A DNA stretch of 64,000 nucleotides from Gracilinanus agilis (Eukaryota): positions 114,845,986 to 114,909,985 of the forward strand of contig NC_058135.1 in NCBI RefSeq assembly GCF_016433145.1, given 5' to 3'. This document shows, one piece after another, positions 26,452 through 39,329 of this stretch; position 1 is the stretch's first letter; each line of letters opens with the position of its first letter. The position numbers were made by a program, and so were the translations under genes. The notes under the pieces are model-generated. The model was not told the origin of the DNA. It did not search any database and saw only the letters and a program-made list of their open reading frames with translations.

Positions 26452-26824
26452 TTTCCTGGGCTTCACTAAGTCATTCAAAAAATCATAGAATTCAGCACTA
26501 AAACACATATTAGAAATAATATTGTCCAAGTCTTTCCACACCCTTGTTTCTCATTGCAAATGAGGAAATTGAGGCATAAACAAGTTGTTAATGGCTTGCC
26601 TAAAGAAACGTGGTTGTCTCTGGAACTAGAATTTAAATTCAAGTTTCTAGAATTCAAGTCCAATTTCCTTTCCAATATTCTTAAATAAAAAGGTTCTGTG
26701 CTATTGGAGGGAATACATGGATCAAAAGAAATAGCAAATTGTTTGACAGCTATGCACATTATACTTTAATCATGAGGAGAGGTAAAATTAGGGAGAATAG
26801 TTCAATAGTCATAATAGTCTAGAT

Positions 26825-27027
26825 CAGTGATGTGCAAACTTTTTAAAGAGGGGCCAAAGGAAAGGAAATGCTCATATGTCAGTCTGTTTCTAAGGCAACT
26901 CTTTCGAAGTTTCATTGTATTGTATCCTACTCATTGTATTCGTCAGATTAGGTATAATGTCACACAGCTGGATAGAACATTTCAGGGGGCCACGTCTGGC
27001 CCATGGGCCATAGTTTGCCCATCACTG
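26825..27027 (-). mobile_element. hAT (Charlie-type) MITE, family 1
   Basis: Terminal inverted repeats (TIRs) CAGTGATG(T/G)GCAAACT...AGTTTGCCCATCACTG. Perfect 8-bp TSD GTCTAGAT (26817-24 / 27028-35). Confidence 0.93.
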
Positions 27028-29079
27028 GTCTAGATGAGGGTTAATGAGGGCCTGAACTAAGGAGAAGAGGAGTGGAGATATTTGCAAGGGATATGGGTAG
27101 AGGTAGAAATGACAAAACCATATTACTTCAATTGTGCCTTGTAAATAATCCAGATTAGCAGATCCCAGGTGATGGGAAACACTACAAAAGTTCTTAAGCT
27201 TCCTTTGCGATCAATTTTGAATAGCATCCTTTTCACAATCCTTGTAAAATTAGTCTTCCACATTCTTAAATCTATAAGTGGATGGTTATGTAAGTGTCTA
27301 ATTAATCTGAGGACATTATGAACTGAACATTCCCCTTATTTTGCTCATTCTTAAAAAGATTTCCTTTTAAGTACTACAAAGGACAATATCTTGGAAAAAA
27401 GTTTAGAAGAGTTATAAATTTATGTGACATACAGGAATGCAGACTACATAGCTTTTGCATTGGGTCATTGTGTTTGTCAAATTAGAAAAAATCCAAAGGC
27501 ACCACTGGAGGGCTTTATCATGAATTCCAAAAAATGAGGTATACTGAATCAACTAATCTAAAAAAGTACCAAAACAGTCATAAAACAAGTAGCACTGATA
27601 TTCAGTCTAAGTGGCAATTCCCTGACCAAGATGCTGAGTCAATTTTTGAAATATGAATCTCTGAACAATGTCAGACCATACTGCTAAAAATATACTATCA
27701 ATACCCTCCCTTAAATTTTAATAATCCTGCAAATTCTCAAGTGGAATAATTGACTACAACAGGACAATAGGAATGGAACTCGCCGACATAAATTGTTCTT
27801 TTGGTATGGTAAGAATAGAATCAAAGAATATATATTAGAAGAAAGTTATGTCTGCATCTGATTACCAGTAATTTGACCTAGAATTATTTTTAAAATATAT
27901 ATAAATTTGTATGTTACATTGTAACTTAAATACTGAAACCTGTCTCACCAAATGTGTGCTCTAATTCTCTCCTAAAATATGTCTTTCTGTAAACAGGCCT
28001 TTTTATGCCTATGACCTATAAAAGTATATACCAAAAAAAAATACCATGCAAGTAAAAATGCTGAAAATAGAAACTCAGTCCTTATTCTACTTTTTCACAG
28101 CAGCAGTCCTTGAATATGACACCACTTCTCATGATCAATTCCTTTCCTTACCTTGTAGAACATTCAGAACACTGTGAATGTTTAAGCCTTCCTTTGGCAT
28201 ATCAAGAAGGATGGAGAAAAATATGCGAAGTGTTTGGAAGAGAAGGCTCTCATATGTTTTGTGCAAAGGGAGTGTGTGTTCCCCAGACCAAAGAAGAGAA
28301 TCATGCTTTCTATGACCACTAATGTAAATTTTAAAGCAACAAAAGTTTAAGGAGTTTCCTTATGATTTACTATGTACCTTCTGGTTTTGTTTTTAAGGAT
28401 TAAAAAGCCATGTTTAAATAATCAAAAAGAAACAAATTATCCAGTTGAAAGAAATCAAAATTCTAAGAAGTGCTCATTAATGAACTCAACCCTATGACGT
28501 TTATGGGCAATGTTTCTGTTTCCATTTCTTTGGTGAACAAAATCCCATGAGCCCTTAATCAACAGAATATCATCTGTAAATTAAAAAAAAAAAAGCTCAT
28601 ACATTTAAATGTATTCTAATACCCTCACTTCATCTTCACCCACATGAAAGTCCCTTGACAAACATTTGGCAACCTGAAAATGGGCCAAACATTATGTAGA
28701 ATGTCAAAAAGGCCTTGATTTTTCTTCCTCGATAAATCAATGAAGGCTGTCAAAAAAACAAAAAACTTTTGCTTTTGTTTCTAAAATTTTAAGTTATTTC
28801 TTTTCTCTCTGAAATAAATTTAATACAGGCCTGCTACAAAAGATTATCTTGCTTAAAACAGGACAAGTTTTCATGAGTGAAAAAAGAACTATTCAAAAGT
28901 GAACCTAACCCATAGCTCACAGAAAAGTTATAGAATATTATATAGCAATCACTTCATAGAATTACAAGATCAAAGTTTTAGTCTCTGATGACAATCTAGT
29001 CAAATCAAAACCCCAAAGTATTGCCCCTTATTACATACCTAACAAGTGTTTATAGCCTTTGCTTTTAAAGTCCTCTAAT

Positions 29080-30340
29080 AAGTCAAATAATTACTACTTT
29101 CTCCTTTGTCTTCACCCCATTTCTGACATATTTCTTATGTTCTTTGAAAAGACATTTTTCCCAAAAGACAAGTATTATAGAGAAGGCTCAAACTGGGTTA
29201 CAGATGACTGCTCTGTGAATTATCAGTCATTTTCTGTTCTTGAATATCTGGGTTTCTGAAATGACATTGTAGTACCCTGAGATGGCTTTTCAAATTATTT
29301 CTTTTTACTAAGTTACAATCTCTTATCTTGAAGACAAGGTGACTAATTCATTCTAAGGGGAACTATAAATTGATCTTAGCCTTTCAGAAAGCAATTTGAA
29401 ATTATTCAAATTAAGTAACTAAAATTGTCATACTGTTTGACCCAGATGTTATACCATGAGATAGTTAGACCAGGAAGATCTCTGATTTAAAAGAAAAAGA
29501 TTCATATCCACCAAAATATTTATAGCAGAACTATCTTTTGTGGTAGCAAAGAACTAAAATCAGAGTAGGTTCTCATTATTCCACATTTATTTCATACTAT
29601 TTATGTAAAAACAAAAATGTATGAAAAACTTATGTAAACTTATGCAAAGTAAAGAAAATAGAACCAAAAAACCCACCTCATTTAAATTTAAATACTTAAA
29701 ACAAACAAAATTGAATGTTATAAAATTATAAGAGCCCAGCTTGGCTCCAAAGAAGATATATGAGAGACACCTCTATCCCTCCTTTGTAAAAGTAGCAGGT
29801 CCACCGGGGTGGAACATTGCATATAACAGATTTTCTTCAATGTGTTGATTGTTTTTGCTGCATATTTTCCTTTTTTTCTCTTTGGGGAAATATTTTGTTA
29901 TATGGGCTGACTCTTGGGGAGAGGAAGTAAAATGGAGAGAAATGTAGGCAACATAAAATCAAAGATTAATTAATGGCTTTGTTAATACTTGAGCCATTTA
30001 GTGACAGTTTTATTATACACCTTTCTGTCAGTCAAATTCTTGCTGTTTTCCCCTTGTTGTTGCTCCATTTCTGACACCATATTTCTTATTACCAAGAAGA
30101 GACAAGTTTTTCCCCCAAAGACAAGTATTATAGAGGAGACCCAACTAACCATTTCATTAGGGTTATAAATGATTGCTCTGTGTGAATTATTTCAGCTATT
30201 TTCTGTTCTGCAATATCACAGGGATACTTTAAGATTGCTTTTCAAATGATTTCTTTACACTAGGTTATGACCTCCTATGTAGAAGATATATTGCATGGTG
30301 CTCAAGAAGGTGAGTGACTTACATCATTAGTAACTATAGA
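29080..30340 (+). repeat. Diverged ~300-bp direct duplication (29080-29370 and 30030-30340) flanking an old L1 3' fragment (~29385-29975)
   Basis: Shared exact 19-mer AAAGACAAGTATTATAGAG (29164-82, 30117-35), plus colinear 'ccatttctgaca', 'tgctctgtg..aattat', 'gcttttcaaat.atttctt' and 'aactata'. Confidence 0.85.
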
Positions 30341-33300
30341 ACCAGAGGGGGTGAATATGCTCTATTTAAACCAGAACAAGCTGATTTTCCTAACGTTCAT
30401 TGGTTACTGAGTATCCATAAAGTCATGAAAGGAAATCCCTCACTGTGTTAGTAGGCAGCTGTAAATGCTACTTGCTGAGGAGTAGAAAATCTGAGTAATT
30501 TTCTCTGTTGAACTAAATATAGGTTTGGTTCAATCAGAGAACTAGAAAGGGATGCAGCGATCTTATAGGGCTAGAATGGTAAAATAAGGCATTATATTTT
30601 CTAATAGCCATGAGAAAAATATGACATTTTATGTTTTATAACTATTATTATTCATTTAATTGAAATTTTATATCATTTAAAAACACATTAATGATGCCAA
30701 TGTTCCCTTTACTCCAGGAACTGAAATGTTCCTTTCAGAAAAAGGAAGCCCTTCTATGATCTCCTGGATTACATAAGGGAATCAATGATGTCTACCAGAA
30801 GTCAGTTTCACAATGAATCTGATGAACAAACAGACCTCCTGCATACTTAGATGTGTTTAACATAGATAATAGGAAATATAGAAGAAGAAATTCCTATTCA
30901 TTGAGGCAGGGGACAAGATTTTTTGCCATGGATCCTTGACTAAGTACACTTAATGTCTCCTTTCCCTAAGTCTTCATTCCGTAAGGCAAATGGGCAAAAT
31001 GGGAACAGACCAAACAAATACCATCTCAAAAACTAAAAACTGAGTGACAGATTTACAAAACTGGAAGCTACTTCAAAGGCCATCTAGTCTAGCCTTTACT
31101 CAAAAGGAATCCCTGTTACAGCTTACAAATGTGGATGCCAGTACAGGTGCACAGGCTTCTAATTTTCCATTCCATCTGTGCTAAAAACAGTATTTGGGGC
31201 TTTTCCTCTGAGTTTAGAAATGAGGATTTCAAAGTGAAGCAAAAAAATGAAAAGGCAAAGAAAAATTAAAGTTGTTTTCTTGGTGTGAGAACAGCTTGTT
31301 TGATTTCATGTAATCATTTTACTGAATTCAATATTTAACTGAATTTAGTCATGTGGAGTGTGTAGATTTAGATTTTAAAAATATGGACAAGGACAAGTGA
31401 ATGCTTTTAAATGAAATTTGATAGAAATTTAACTAGACAAATTTGAGGAAAAAATTGTTAAGGTTCTAGTTGGTACTTAGACCATAAAAAGCTCATTGAA
31501 GTGAATGGTAATGTCAAAAGAAATTTAGGATGGTAAAATCATTGAAATCATTGATTTGACCTCTTGCTCAGTAGGACTTCAAAAATAGGATCTTGAAGCC
31601 AGAAAAAGAGAAAAGAATTGATTGGAGCCTTTGAAGTGCAATGATATCTCCAGACTTCTAGTGTCATGGAAACAACTAAACTTGGAGTATGTGCAATAAA
31701 ACACTGTAGATGAGAGTATTTATTATTGTGAAGGATCTAGCAAAATTAATATTGGAATTTTTGAGCCATGGATCACAGGCAAGCATACACCATCTGGAGA
31801 ACAGGATGATACACCGGAACGTGCCAAGGGAAAAGTTGAAAGGAAACACAGAGAATATGAAAATATTTTGGGGCCTTTTCAAGAATGCCTGAACAGTATG
31901 CAGAAAATCAATCATAAGAAAAATAAAGGGTATAAAAAATATCAATCTTGTCTTTTCCAAAAAGGTCACCCAATGATGAAAAAATTAGTAGAATTATGAA
32001 CATTTTAAGATAAGTCAAAGAAATGCATGATTCTTGGGGGAAAAAATCACTTGTTATTTAACTTAATCCCTCTAACCTCTAACATTGTGTACTTTATATT
32101 ACATACCTAAATTGCCCTTCAAGGTTGAATGATGTCACATGTTTAGGTAGCCTTTACATTGATCTAATTGCTTTTTTTTTTATAAAGATGTAATTTAATG
32201 TTTTTGAATCTTTAAGCTCATCAAAGTGGGTGCTCCCCCTTAAAAATGGAACTTCGAAACCACGGTATGTCTTCCCATCATGCCTGACTCTTATTTACTT
32301 CCTTCTTAAAAGTTTACCATAGTGAGTTCACATGAACTGCCAAAAACAGAATTTGTAAACACAAACATGGGAAAATTGATCCTAACCACATAAGAATATC
32401 AGATTAAGACTCTGTGTATGTATATGTGTGTGTGCTGCATGTGTATGTGTATGTAGGGCTATTTCATAAGGGGCAAAGTAAATACTGGTCCTGGCTCATG
32501 AACTTATTTCCATGGGAAAGGAAGAATAGTTTCTGGGTTTGAGACCTGCTTGCTATTCAAACATCACGTTTTCTGGAATGTTTTTAACATCTAAAAAATT
32601 GCTCTCAGGGAATCATGTTCGGCATAGATATTTTTCTCTTTTGTCCTTTCATAACTTTTAAAAGGAAGAGTAAGCACTGAAAGATTTTAAATGAATATTA
32701 AAATATTATTCATAGCCATTTTGAAAATTATTCGAGCCCAATTTTGTTGGTCCCATGACACAGATACTCAAACTCTTGATATCTCTTATTCAAAATATCT
32801 TTTGTTAACCTTTCAGTCTGGTTCCCTTTAATATTCATTTGCAGCTGACTATATTTGTTTCAACTAGCTATTTGCCCTTCTTGAGATATTTACTACCAGT
32901 GATATGTGAGTACTTTGATTGTTTTTTTTTTTATTTTTATTCCTGGCATTTCAAAGTCCCTACAATAAATGAAACCATTGATTGTAGATCCTGGGTTTAA
33001 AGCTGGGTCAGAAAGCTTAGCCTTTATTTCTCTAAGACAACTAGCTGGAAAGTGAAAATTTCATTCCAACAAACAGAAGCCAAACAACTGATTCAAATGA
33101 TTTCTTCTACTAAATGGAACTCAACCAACTATTTGACTTGGCATGATATTAAAAAGCCTCTATCTGTTGCCAAGGCTCTAGTGGTATGATAGGGAATTTA
33201 ATAAAAGGAACATTGGATTAAGAATCAAGAGCCCCAATTTGGTCTTTACTCTGACACTGACTTACTGTGTCAATGTCAACATTTTCACACCACCACCATT

Positions 33301-35374
33301 AATGTAATTTGTCTCAATATATAATTCTGGAACTGTAAAAAGAATGACAAAGAATTTAGAAAACATATGAACAACAAGAGAAAACAATAAAATATTAATG
33401 AAATGAAGATCCTGCCACCTATAGGACATATATTGGAAAATTAAGACTTCCTCATCAAAGGATGAAGAAAATTTATAGATATTTTCAGATTTCATGATAT
33501 ATTTGTTAGAAACTTAGAAAAAAAATTTCTTAATCTAAGAAAAAAGACTTCACAGAGTTATACTAAAGACACAAAAAAGTTATGTCATTGTTCTCATCAG
33601 ATACAACCAATATGGGTTATCTATGTAGGAACTACTGAAATGACTAAGATTCCAGAATGGAAGCAAAAGGCCCCTCCTGATCAATGGTCACATGAATTCA
33701 CCAAAAATATGTCAACAAAAAAGCTTCAAGAAAATGGCCAAGTTAAGGGGAGGGACTTGTTTATAGAAAAAGAGGCATTTACAATTGTGACACATATTGC
33801 TACTAGAAATTATAGAATAATCTTCCTTAAGAGCCTTGACTTATTGATCAATGCAGATTTTGCACAGCAATGGTAGAAATCACAACATATCCGTTCAAGT
33901 TCCAAAAACTGTGTCAAATGAATCCTTAGAATCATATCATCAAGTGTTCATGACAGGACACTAGAACTATCTATCCTTCAGTAAACAACAGTTGACAGAA
34001 TCTAATACAACAAATACACACAGTATAATATTCTTGAGAATAATCAATAAATGACAATCAATAAACTTTGCTAGGTAAGAATATGAATAATAAAACTGCT
34101 CTGCCCAGATAACTAGATACAATAATAACCTATACAAATTTTTAAATATTTTAATAGATGTTATCAAGCCAAATACTCATAATGTTTATACCACACAAAA
34201 TGAAGAGCTTTCAAAAAATAGGAAACTTCTAGAAAAGAAAATCAAAACCATTTGAGAACAGGATAAGGTACATATCAATATTACCTTGTAAACTATGGGC
34301 ATCATTCTAAAGCTGAATTTAATGAGCCTATACTAGAAAAACTTCAGAAACGTCATTTTATTTACTGAAATATGTCTATCAATAATTGACATAAAAAGCA
34401 ATAATTTGATGAATGACATTCCTAAGATAATTTCTCTCTGAAGCCCACTGAATATAAGATAAGTAGAAGAATATTCATGATAATGGTGATAATACTATAA
34501 AGTTTTATTGTTATTATTAATATTATTATAATACATCATCTGACCCACTGTTCATGGTGCAAGTGGGACAAACTTGGGGTATACTAATCATAAAATTGGA
34601 GTAAGGACCTGGTGGGCCTTGATACCATCATAATCACTGTGAAGACTTGGCAGAAACTCAGAAATTCTAGCAAACAAAATTCTAACAACAGTATTAATTT
34701 GGTGTGCACTCTGGTCAGTGTGCTACAGTATTTCGAAAAAACAAAGAAATAAATTGACTAGAAAATATTTACAGATTAGCTTTACTTAGTTCTTTTGATG
34801 ATCAGTTTGACATGGAGAATGGTGAAGCTAGTGGTGTTCATGTTTTGATGCTACAAAAATACAAATTATATCAACTATAAATTAAATATATAGTAAATAA
34901 ATTGAAAATACCAATACCAAAAGATATAGTATAAAAATATAAAATACAGAAATGATGGTGAACACTAAAAAAAATACAAAAGGATTATGCATAAAACGTA
35001 TTGAAGACATGATTTATTTTTATTTTGCACCAGCACTATATCATGATAAAACTGAGACTAGATCCTACCAATTATAGGTTATCACTTCATATTGCATTTT
35101 GTAAATGGCACCTTCAGATGAACACATACACATACGTTGCTGACAAATGCAAATATAAGAAATCACCTATCCCTAATCATAAAATAGACTAATTCAGAGA
35201 TAAATCTTTGAGGTTACCCAAATTGAAAGAGGGAGAAGGTAAAGAACCAATGGATTGAGCACCAAGTCTAGAGATAGTAGATCCCAAGTTCAAATCTGAC
35301 CTCAATCACTTCCTAATTGTGTGACCCCGGAAAAGTCACTTATACAGTAAGGAATTAGGAAAATATTGATTAGG

Positions 35375-36128
35375 TATTGATAAGAACTTTGAGAAAAGGG
35401 TCTCTGAGGATACAGGCAAGGCAGAGTGCTATGCACGAGATCAGAATTTGGAAGGTAAGAAGCAGATAAAATTCTGACAGTTGGTGACTGAGCTGGGAGA
35501 GTTACTGACACCCCCTCACTGGCTTGAGTTAGAAAGACTATTTCTCTGGTTTCTGGTGAAGACAGACATCTCAGACCTTGCCCTTTGCTATATATAGGTA
35601 AAAGAGAACTCTAAACTATCTGAAGAGGTTTTCTTACCCTCTTTACCAACAGAATTCATCTTGGAGAAAGAAGTTGTCATATTTGCATTGTTGGAAAACG
35701 GTTTTGAGAGAAGAAAGATCAAAGACCTGTTTGCCTGGACTTTGGTCATCCAGCCTGTGCCATGTTGGGCTAACTCGGTGTTCACTTGGAAATATCTTTA
35801 ATACTATTAAGTTACTTTTAATAAGGATTATAGTTAGATTGTAGTCAGCATTTTGGGGTTTTTTGTAAGTGCTAGGCAGTTTCAGAGTAGCTGGAAGACA
35901 AAGAATTTGCTGTGAGGTGAACTTAGAAAGTGGGTGGAGATAGTTTCCTTTTAGTGTTAAGGCTTCCGTGTTACTAATCCTTACATTTATATGTGTTAAA
36001 TATAAATAAATAGATTATTTATAAAAATATAATCTTCAAGTAAGTTATGTACTGGCCTGATGAAGGGAAGTCACTCCTGGCTTTCCTTCTGAGGGGAGAG
36101 CTGAAAGATACTTTTGAGAATATCAACA
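35375..36128 (+). mobile_element. Putative solo LTR
   Basis: Imperfect terminal inverted repeats TATTGATA...TATCAACA, TATATATA at ~35590 and AATAAA at ~36005. The TSD is ambiguous. Confidence 0.6.
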
Positions 36129-37372
36129 AAGTATTTTACCCCAGCATCCTCCTCAACAACATCAATAATAAACCCCAATATTTCATTCACTTAATCCCTA
36201 TTGCCTAGCCCTTACGGCTCCTCTGCCTTAGAACAAATATGTTGGTTCTAAGACAGAAGGTAAAAAAGTTTAAAAAATAAAACTTTACTTAAAATAATCT
36301 CAAGAAATTCTACCTAATAATGAAAGCAAAATTAATAGCAATATCACAAATGATTTTGAAAAGGATATGTGCCTAATTAGATTTGAAATTCAAAAAAGCC
36401 CTTTTCAATTTCACAGAATTTATACAAAAGCAATATAACATTACCAAAATAATGTAATTCCTAAAAACTGGCATTTGATATAACTATTATGAATTAATGA
36501 ATTCCCTCACAATATATGACCAAAAATACAAAAACTTCTTTAGAAATTAAATATGAGTGTATGCAATAGTTACTGTCTTCATATAAACCCTAAAAGGAAA
36601 GGTACAGCTTTAAGGTCAATTATCAAAAAGCAAACTTTTGGGAGGTATAGAAGACTTGCACATACACACACACAATATTTTTTAAAATACCAATATATAG
36701 GACATATCCAAAATAATCAACTTAAGCTCTGTATCACCTCAAATAAGGAAACAAAATAGAAACAGAAATTACAGAATATGGAAAACAAAAACATATTAAG
36801 GTTTAGGAGTCTTTTCATAAGTAATTGAAAGCAAATATCAAGTTTAAACTATTCAAGGAGTTGATATAGTACAAAGAAAGTAGAAAACAATTCAACATCA
36901 ATCTGGAATTTTCTTATAGAGTATTAAGAAGCAAAAAATCAGAAAGGAGATATAATACCCCAAAAAGAATATGTGGAAAATCCTTGGCAATCCATAATGA
37001 CTTAAAGAAGGCAAATATGAAAATACTCTATGGAATAAATGAAATGCAGAAAGTCTAAACTGCATCAATAGAATGACTGATTAAACAATTGCATCAATTC
37101 ATAGCTCGTATTGTTAAAACACACACATATACAAAGTATAAACATTTAGAAGACAAAATATGTTGACTGAAACACAAAAATAACATGAGAAACCCCCAGA
37201 AATGTTGAGACACTTATTGATTCAATAATTACCAATCTATCCCAAAGTACTCTAATTTGTATACTACCTTTACTGATTATCACAAAACTTTTGACTCAGT
37301 TACACATTTATGGCATTTTCATGTATTTCCAAAAAATAAAATCAATCCAAGTATAATAATGAAGATGGTAAA

Positions 37373-37556
37373 GGGGGCAGCTGGGTAGCTCAGTGGATTG
37401 AGAACCAGGCCTAGAGACGGTAGGTCCTAGGCTCAAATCTGGCCTCAGACACTTCCCAGCTTTGTGGCCCTGGGCAAGTCACTTAACCCCCATTGCCTAC
37501 CCTTACCAATCTTCTGCCTTGGAGCCAAAAGACAGAAGGTAAGGTTTTTAAAAAAA
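37373..37556 (+). mobile_element. SINE1_Mdo-like SINE inserted in the R4 fossil
   Basis: GGGGGCAGCTGGGTAGCTCAGTGG head and A-tail. TSD AAGATG(G/C)TAAA at 37362-72 and 37557-67. Confidence 0.92.
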
Positions 37557-38187
37557 AAGATGCTAAAGTATTTGATGTCCACATAGAAAACTGGCATCTA
37601 TTTAAACTATGCTACCAATCCAATGTTAAGAACAATCAATATACCACATGATGTTTTTTAAGGAGATAGCTGAAGACCATTATATTTTTCTAACTTTAAA
37701 TCCCATTTTCATCTCTACTGAAGAGAAATGTTTGGCTTCTAAATTAAAGAAAAAGTCAAACTCTAATATTTTATTAATAACTTGACATCAAGGTATAGTC
37801 TTCTACCAAAAACAAACAAAAAACATTAAATGCTCCTTCAGCTAATGAAATCTTTATATAGAACTGTTATTTGGACTTTATATGGGTAAAATTATTAATT
37901 TATTCCAAAGAAACATAGACACTGAAGATATTAAACTTGAATCTAGAAGTCAAATTGAACCAAAGAAGGAAGGTAATACATACCAATTATTTGGTCTCTT
38001 CTAAGCAACACAAAACTATGAAATAGAAAACTGTGGCTAAATATGTTGAGACTAACTGTTATCTTAATCAATGCACAATGGGATGAAATAATTTAAAACA
38101 ATAAACACCTATGCAACAATTATCGAATGTATACTTCCCAAACTCCAAAGTGGAGCTTATTTGAAATCTTTTTTCACAAAAACTAAA

Positions 38188-38189
<2 letters not shown>

Positions 38190-38244
<55 letters not shown>

Positions 38245-38609
38245 NNNNNNNNNNNNNNNNNNNNNNNNNNNNNNNNNNNNNNNNNNNNNNNNNNNNNNNN
38301 NNNNNNNNNNNNNNNNNNNNNNNNNNNNNNNNNNNNNNNNNNNNNNNNNNNNNNNNNNNNNNNNNNNNNNNNNNNNNNNNNNNNNNNNNNNNNNNNNNNN
38401 NNNNNNNNNNNNNNNNNNNNNNNNNNNNNNNNNNNNNNNNNNNNNNNNNNNNNNNNNNNNNNNNNNNNNNNNNNNNNNNNNNNNNNNNNNNNNNNNNNNN
38501 NNNNNNNNNNNNNNNNNNNNNNNNNNNNNNNNNNNNNNNNNNNNNNNNNNNNNNNNNNNNNNNNNNNNNNNNNNNNNNNNNNNNNNNNNNNNNNNNNNNN
38601 NNNNNNNNN

Positions 38610-38667
<58 letters not shown>
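38190..38667. repeat. (GA)n microsatellite spanning an assembly gap
   Basis: Pure GA repeats on both sides of the N-run. Confidence 0.95.
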
Positions 38668-38673
<6 letters not shown>

Positions 38674-39128
38674 AATATAGGTTTGTATACAAAATGAAAT
38701 GCCTTACTCTAAAACTATAGAAAGATTAAGTATCCTCACCAAAAAAGATGAGTAAACATTCTCAAATAAATAGATCAGAAATCTATAGAAACACTTTTCA
38801 AAAAGATATCACTTCACCAAGTTATAGTAAAAGCTAATTAAGCTGTAAAATTTTAAAATATATAACCCAAAGAGTTATGATAAATTATTAATATAAAAAT
38901 TCAGAGAAATATGGGAAGATTTACAGGAGATGATGTAAGCAAGTAAGCAAAGTAAGCAAGCCTAATAAAATAATAGTATGGTTAAAATGTAAATTAAAAT
39001 AACAACATAAAAAAAAAACAAAATTCAGTGGTATAAAATAATGAAGAGCAAAGTTTCTGAATCTGATGAATATGATTTTACAGAGCTATAGTTAACACTC
39101 ACAAAAGATGTATTTGAATGGTCTTATT

Positions 39129-39329
39129 CAGTGATGGGCAAACTATGGCCTGCGGGTCAGATGCAGACCCCTGAAATGTTCTATCCCACAAGGAGACATC
39201 ATTCCTAATCTGACGAACACAATGAGGTTACAATACAATGAAACTTCGAAATAGTTGCCTTAGAAACAGACTGACAGATGAGCATTTCCTTTCCTTTAGC
39301 CCCCTCTTTAAAAAGTTTGACCCTCACTG
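39129..39329 (+). mobile_element. hAT MITE, family 1
   Basis: TIR CAGTGATGGGCAAACT. Perfect 8-bp TSD GTCTTATT (39121-28 / 39330-37). Homologous to 26825-27027. Confidence 0.93.

Larger units (their letters stand above)
36350..38900 (+). mobile_element. Highly decayed R4/Dong-clade LINE (Mam_R4-like) RT-region fossil
   Basis: Colinear motifs across frameshifts: KYKHLE/QNMLTETQK, ETLIDSIIT, FTDYHKTFDSVTHLW (37269-37313), LKYLMST, F*GDS*RPLYF (37656-88), DIKV*SSTKN (37784), EGNTYQLFG (37969), KTINTYA (38095), PYSKTIERLS (38702), LHQVIVKAN (38813). Confidence 0.8.

Noticed and set aside
27490-27660. About 55-codon open frame after a possible AG acceptor (KKSKGTTGGLYHEF..)
   Set aside because: Weak polypyrimidine tract, ends in a stop, no donor or recognisable homology.
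33300-34480. A-rich coding-like stretch as the N-terminal part of the R4 fossil or another LINE
   Set aside because: No diagnostic motif could be read. Left as something to test with profile searches.
38157-38697. RERE/SLSL ORFs and other ORFs containing X
   Set aside because: Artefacts of the (GA)n microsatellite and N gaps (also at 5039-5494, 25306-25616 and 49794-50150).
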